Part shown: positions 34,675 to 35,457 of the stretch, one piece after another
Layout of the letters: each line of letters starts with the position of its first letter
Numbering within the stretch: the first letter of the stretch is position 1
Assembly (NCBI GenBank): GCA_003539915.1
Contig: DPNX01000002.1
Span: 1-35,457, forward strand
From: Patescibacteria group bacterium
GTDB lineage: Bacteria > Patescibacteriota > Minisyncoccia > UBA6257 > UBA11618
Length of the DNA: 35,457 bases
Reading direction: 5' to 3'
The notes under the pieces: model-generated
The model's database searches: none
The model's input: the letters and a program-made list of their open reading frames with translations, nothing else
What the model was told of the DNA's origin: nothing
Translations under genes and position numbers: made by a program

Positions 34675-35253
34675 ATGGCTAATAATAACTTCAAGTATAA
34701 TATGAAGTACAAAATTTGTGTCTCTGGAGCAGCAGAGACCGGGCATTGTGCTAAAGACGCTTTGGAAAAAGCCGAACTATTAGGTCAGGAGATTGCTAAA
34801 GCTGGAATGATTCTGGTTACAGGAGCAACTACTGGTACACCATATTGGTCAGCTAAAGGGGCTAAGGAGGCGGGAGGTACGGTTATAGGATTGTCGCCAG
34901 CAGTTTCTAAGGCTGCACATATTAAGAGTTATCGCTTACCAGTTGATTATCATGACATGATAATTTTTACAGGCTTTGATTATTCAGGAAGAAACTTATT
35001 ATTAACTCGTGCTGCTGATGCGGTAATTACTGTTTGTGGGCGAATGGGTACTTTAAATGAATTTACAATTTCTTTTGAGGATAATAAACCAATGGGAGTT
35101 TTGGAGGGAACTGGTGGTATAGCAGATGAGGTGAGAGACATTGTTGCTAAGGCTCATCGCGGACCTGGTAAGATAGCTTTTGAAAGTGATCCTAGAAAAT
35201 TACTACAACTGGTTGTTGAGTTAATTGATAAAGAAAACAAAGATCTTAATTAA
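34675..35253 (+). CDS. LOG/SLOG superfamily nucleotide-binding protein
   Basis: LVTGATTG, GAKEAGG, GRN, GRMGTLNE; alternative start 34702. Confidence 0.85.
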   Translation: MANNNFKYNMKYKICVSGAAETGHCAKDALEKAELLGQEIAKAGMILVTGATTGTPYWSAKGAKEAGGTVIGLSPAVSKAAHIKSYRLPVDYHDMIIFTGFDYSGRNLLLTRAADAVITVCGRMGTLNEFTISFEDNKPMGVLEGTGGIADEVRDIVAKAHRGPGKIAFESDPRKLLQLVVELIDKENKDLN

Positions 35254-35457
35254 TGATCAAAGCTAAGTCTTTAATACCTATAGGTATAATGGCCGGAGCT
35301 ATTATTGGAGCTGGTATTTTTTCTTTGCCATTTATTTTTGCTCAGATAGGAATCTCAAATGGGTTTATTGTAATGGCATTAGCTACAGCAGTTGTGGTGA
35401 TGATTCATTTATTCTATGCCGATATCATTGTTAGAACTAAGGGGCGGCATAATTTTG
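35253..35457 (+). CDS. Amino acid permease (aromatic amino acid/HAAAP-like), N-terminal part, runs off window
   Basis: Manual translation MIKAKSLIPIGIMAGAIIGAGIFSLPFIFAQIG...; open to window end; TAATG overlap with previous gene. Confidence 0.85.
   Translation, partial: MIKAKSLIPIGIMAGAIIGAGIFSLPFIFAQIGISNGFIVMALATAVVVMIHLFYADIIVRTKGRHNF

Overview
Low-GC bacterial chromosome segment spanning the replication origin (jag-yidC-rnpA-rpmH | dnaA-oriC-dnaN). Shortened core proteins, scarce Shine-Dalgarno sites and the gene set suggest Patescibacteria/CPR (Parcubacteria-like); this taxonomic call is an inference. Left of the origin, after pcrA/uvrD and rsmA, an 11-gene type IV secretion-like cluster (VirB6-like, PrgI, two-part VirB4, VirB2-type pilin, exported proteins) sits with no relaxase, VirD4 or integrase in view. 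Right of the origin are a class A PBP, dispersed ruvC/ruvB/ruvA, a PilB/GspE ATPase, split polA, mutM, holA, rpsT, uvrB, a MurE-like ligase, a beta-CASP nuclease and a SLOG protein. Highlights: (1) the T4SS pilin carries two annexin-like repeats including a GRGTNE motif; (2) an unannotated ~170-nt structured RNA with a near-perfect sigma70 promoter lies between pilB and ruvB; (3) a 51-aa hyper-acidic microprotein missed by the ORF track; (4) an origin with 11-bp-phased DnaA boxes and DnaA-trios; (5) recurrent leaderless-type promoter architecture. All assignments were made by eye, without database searches.
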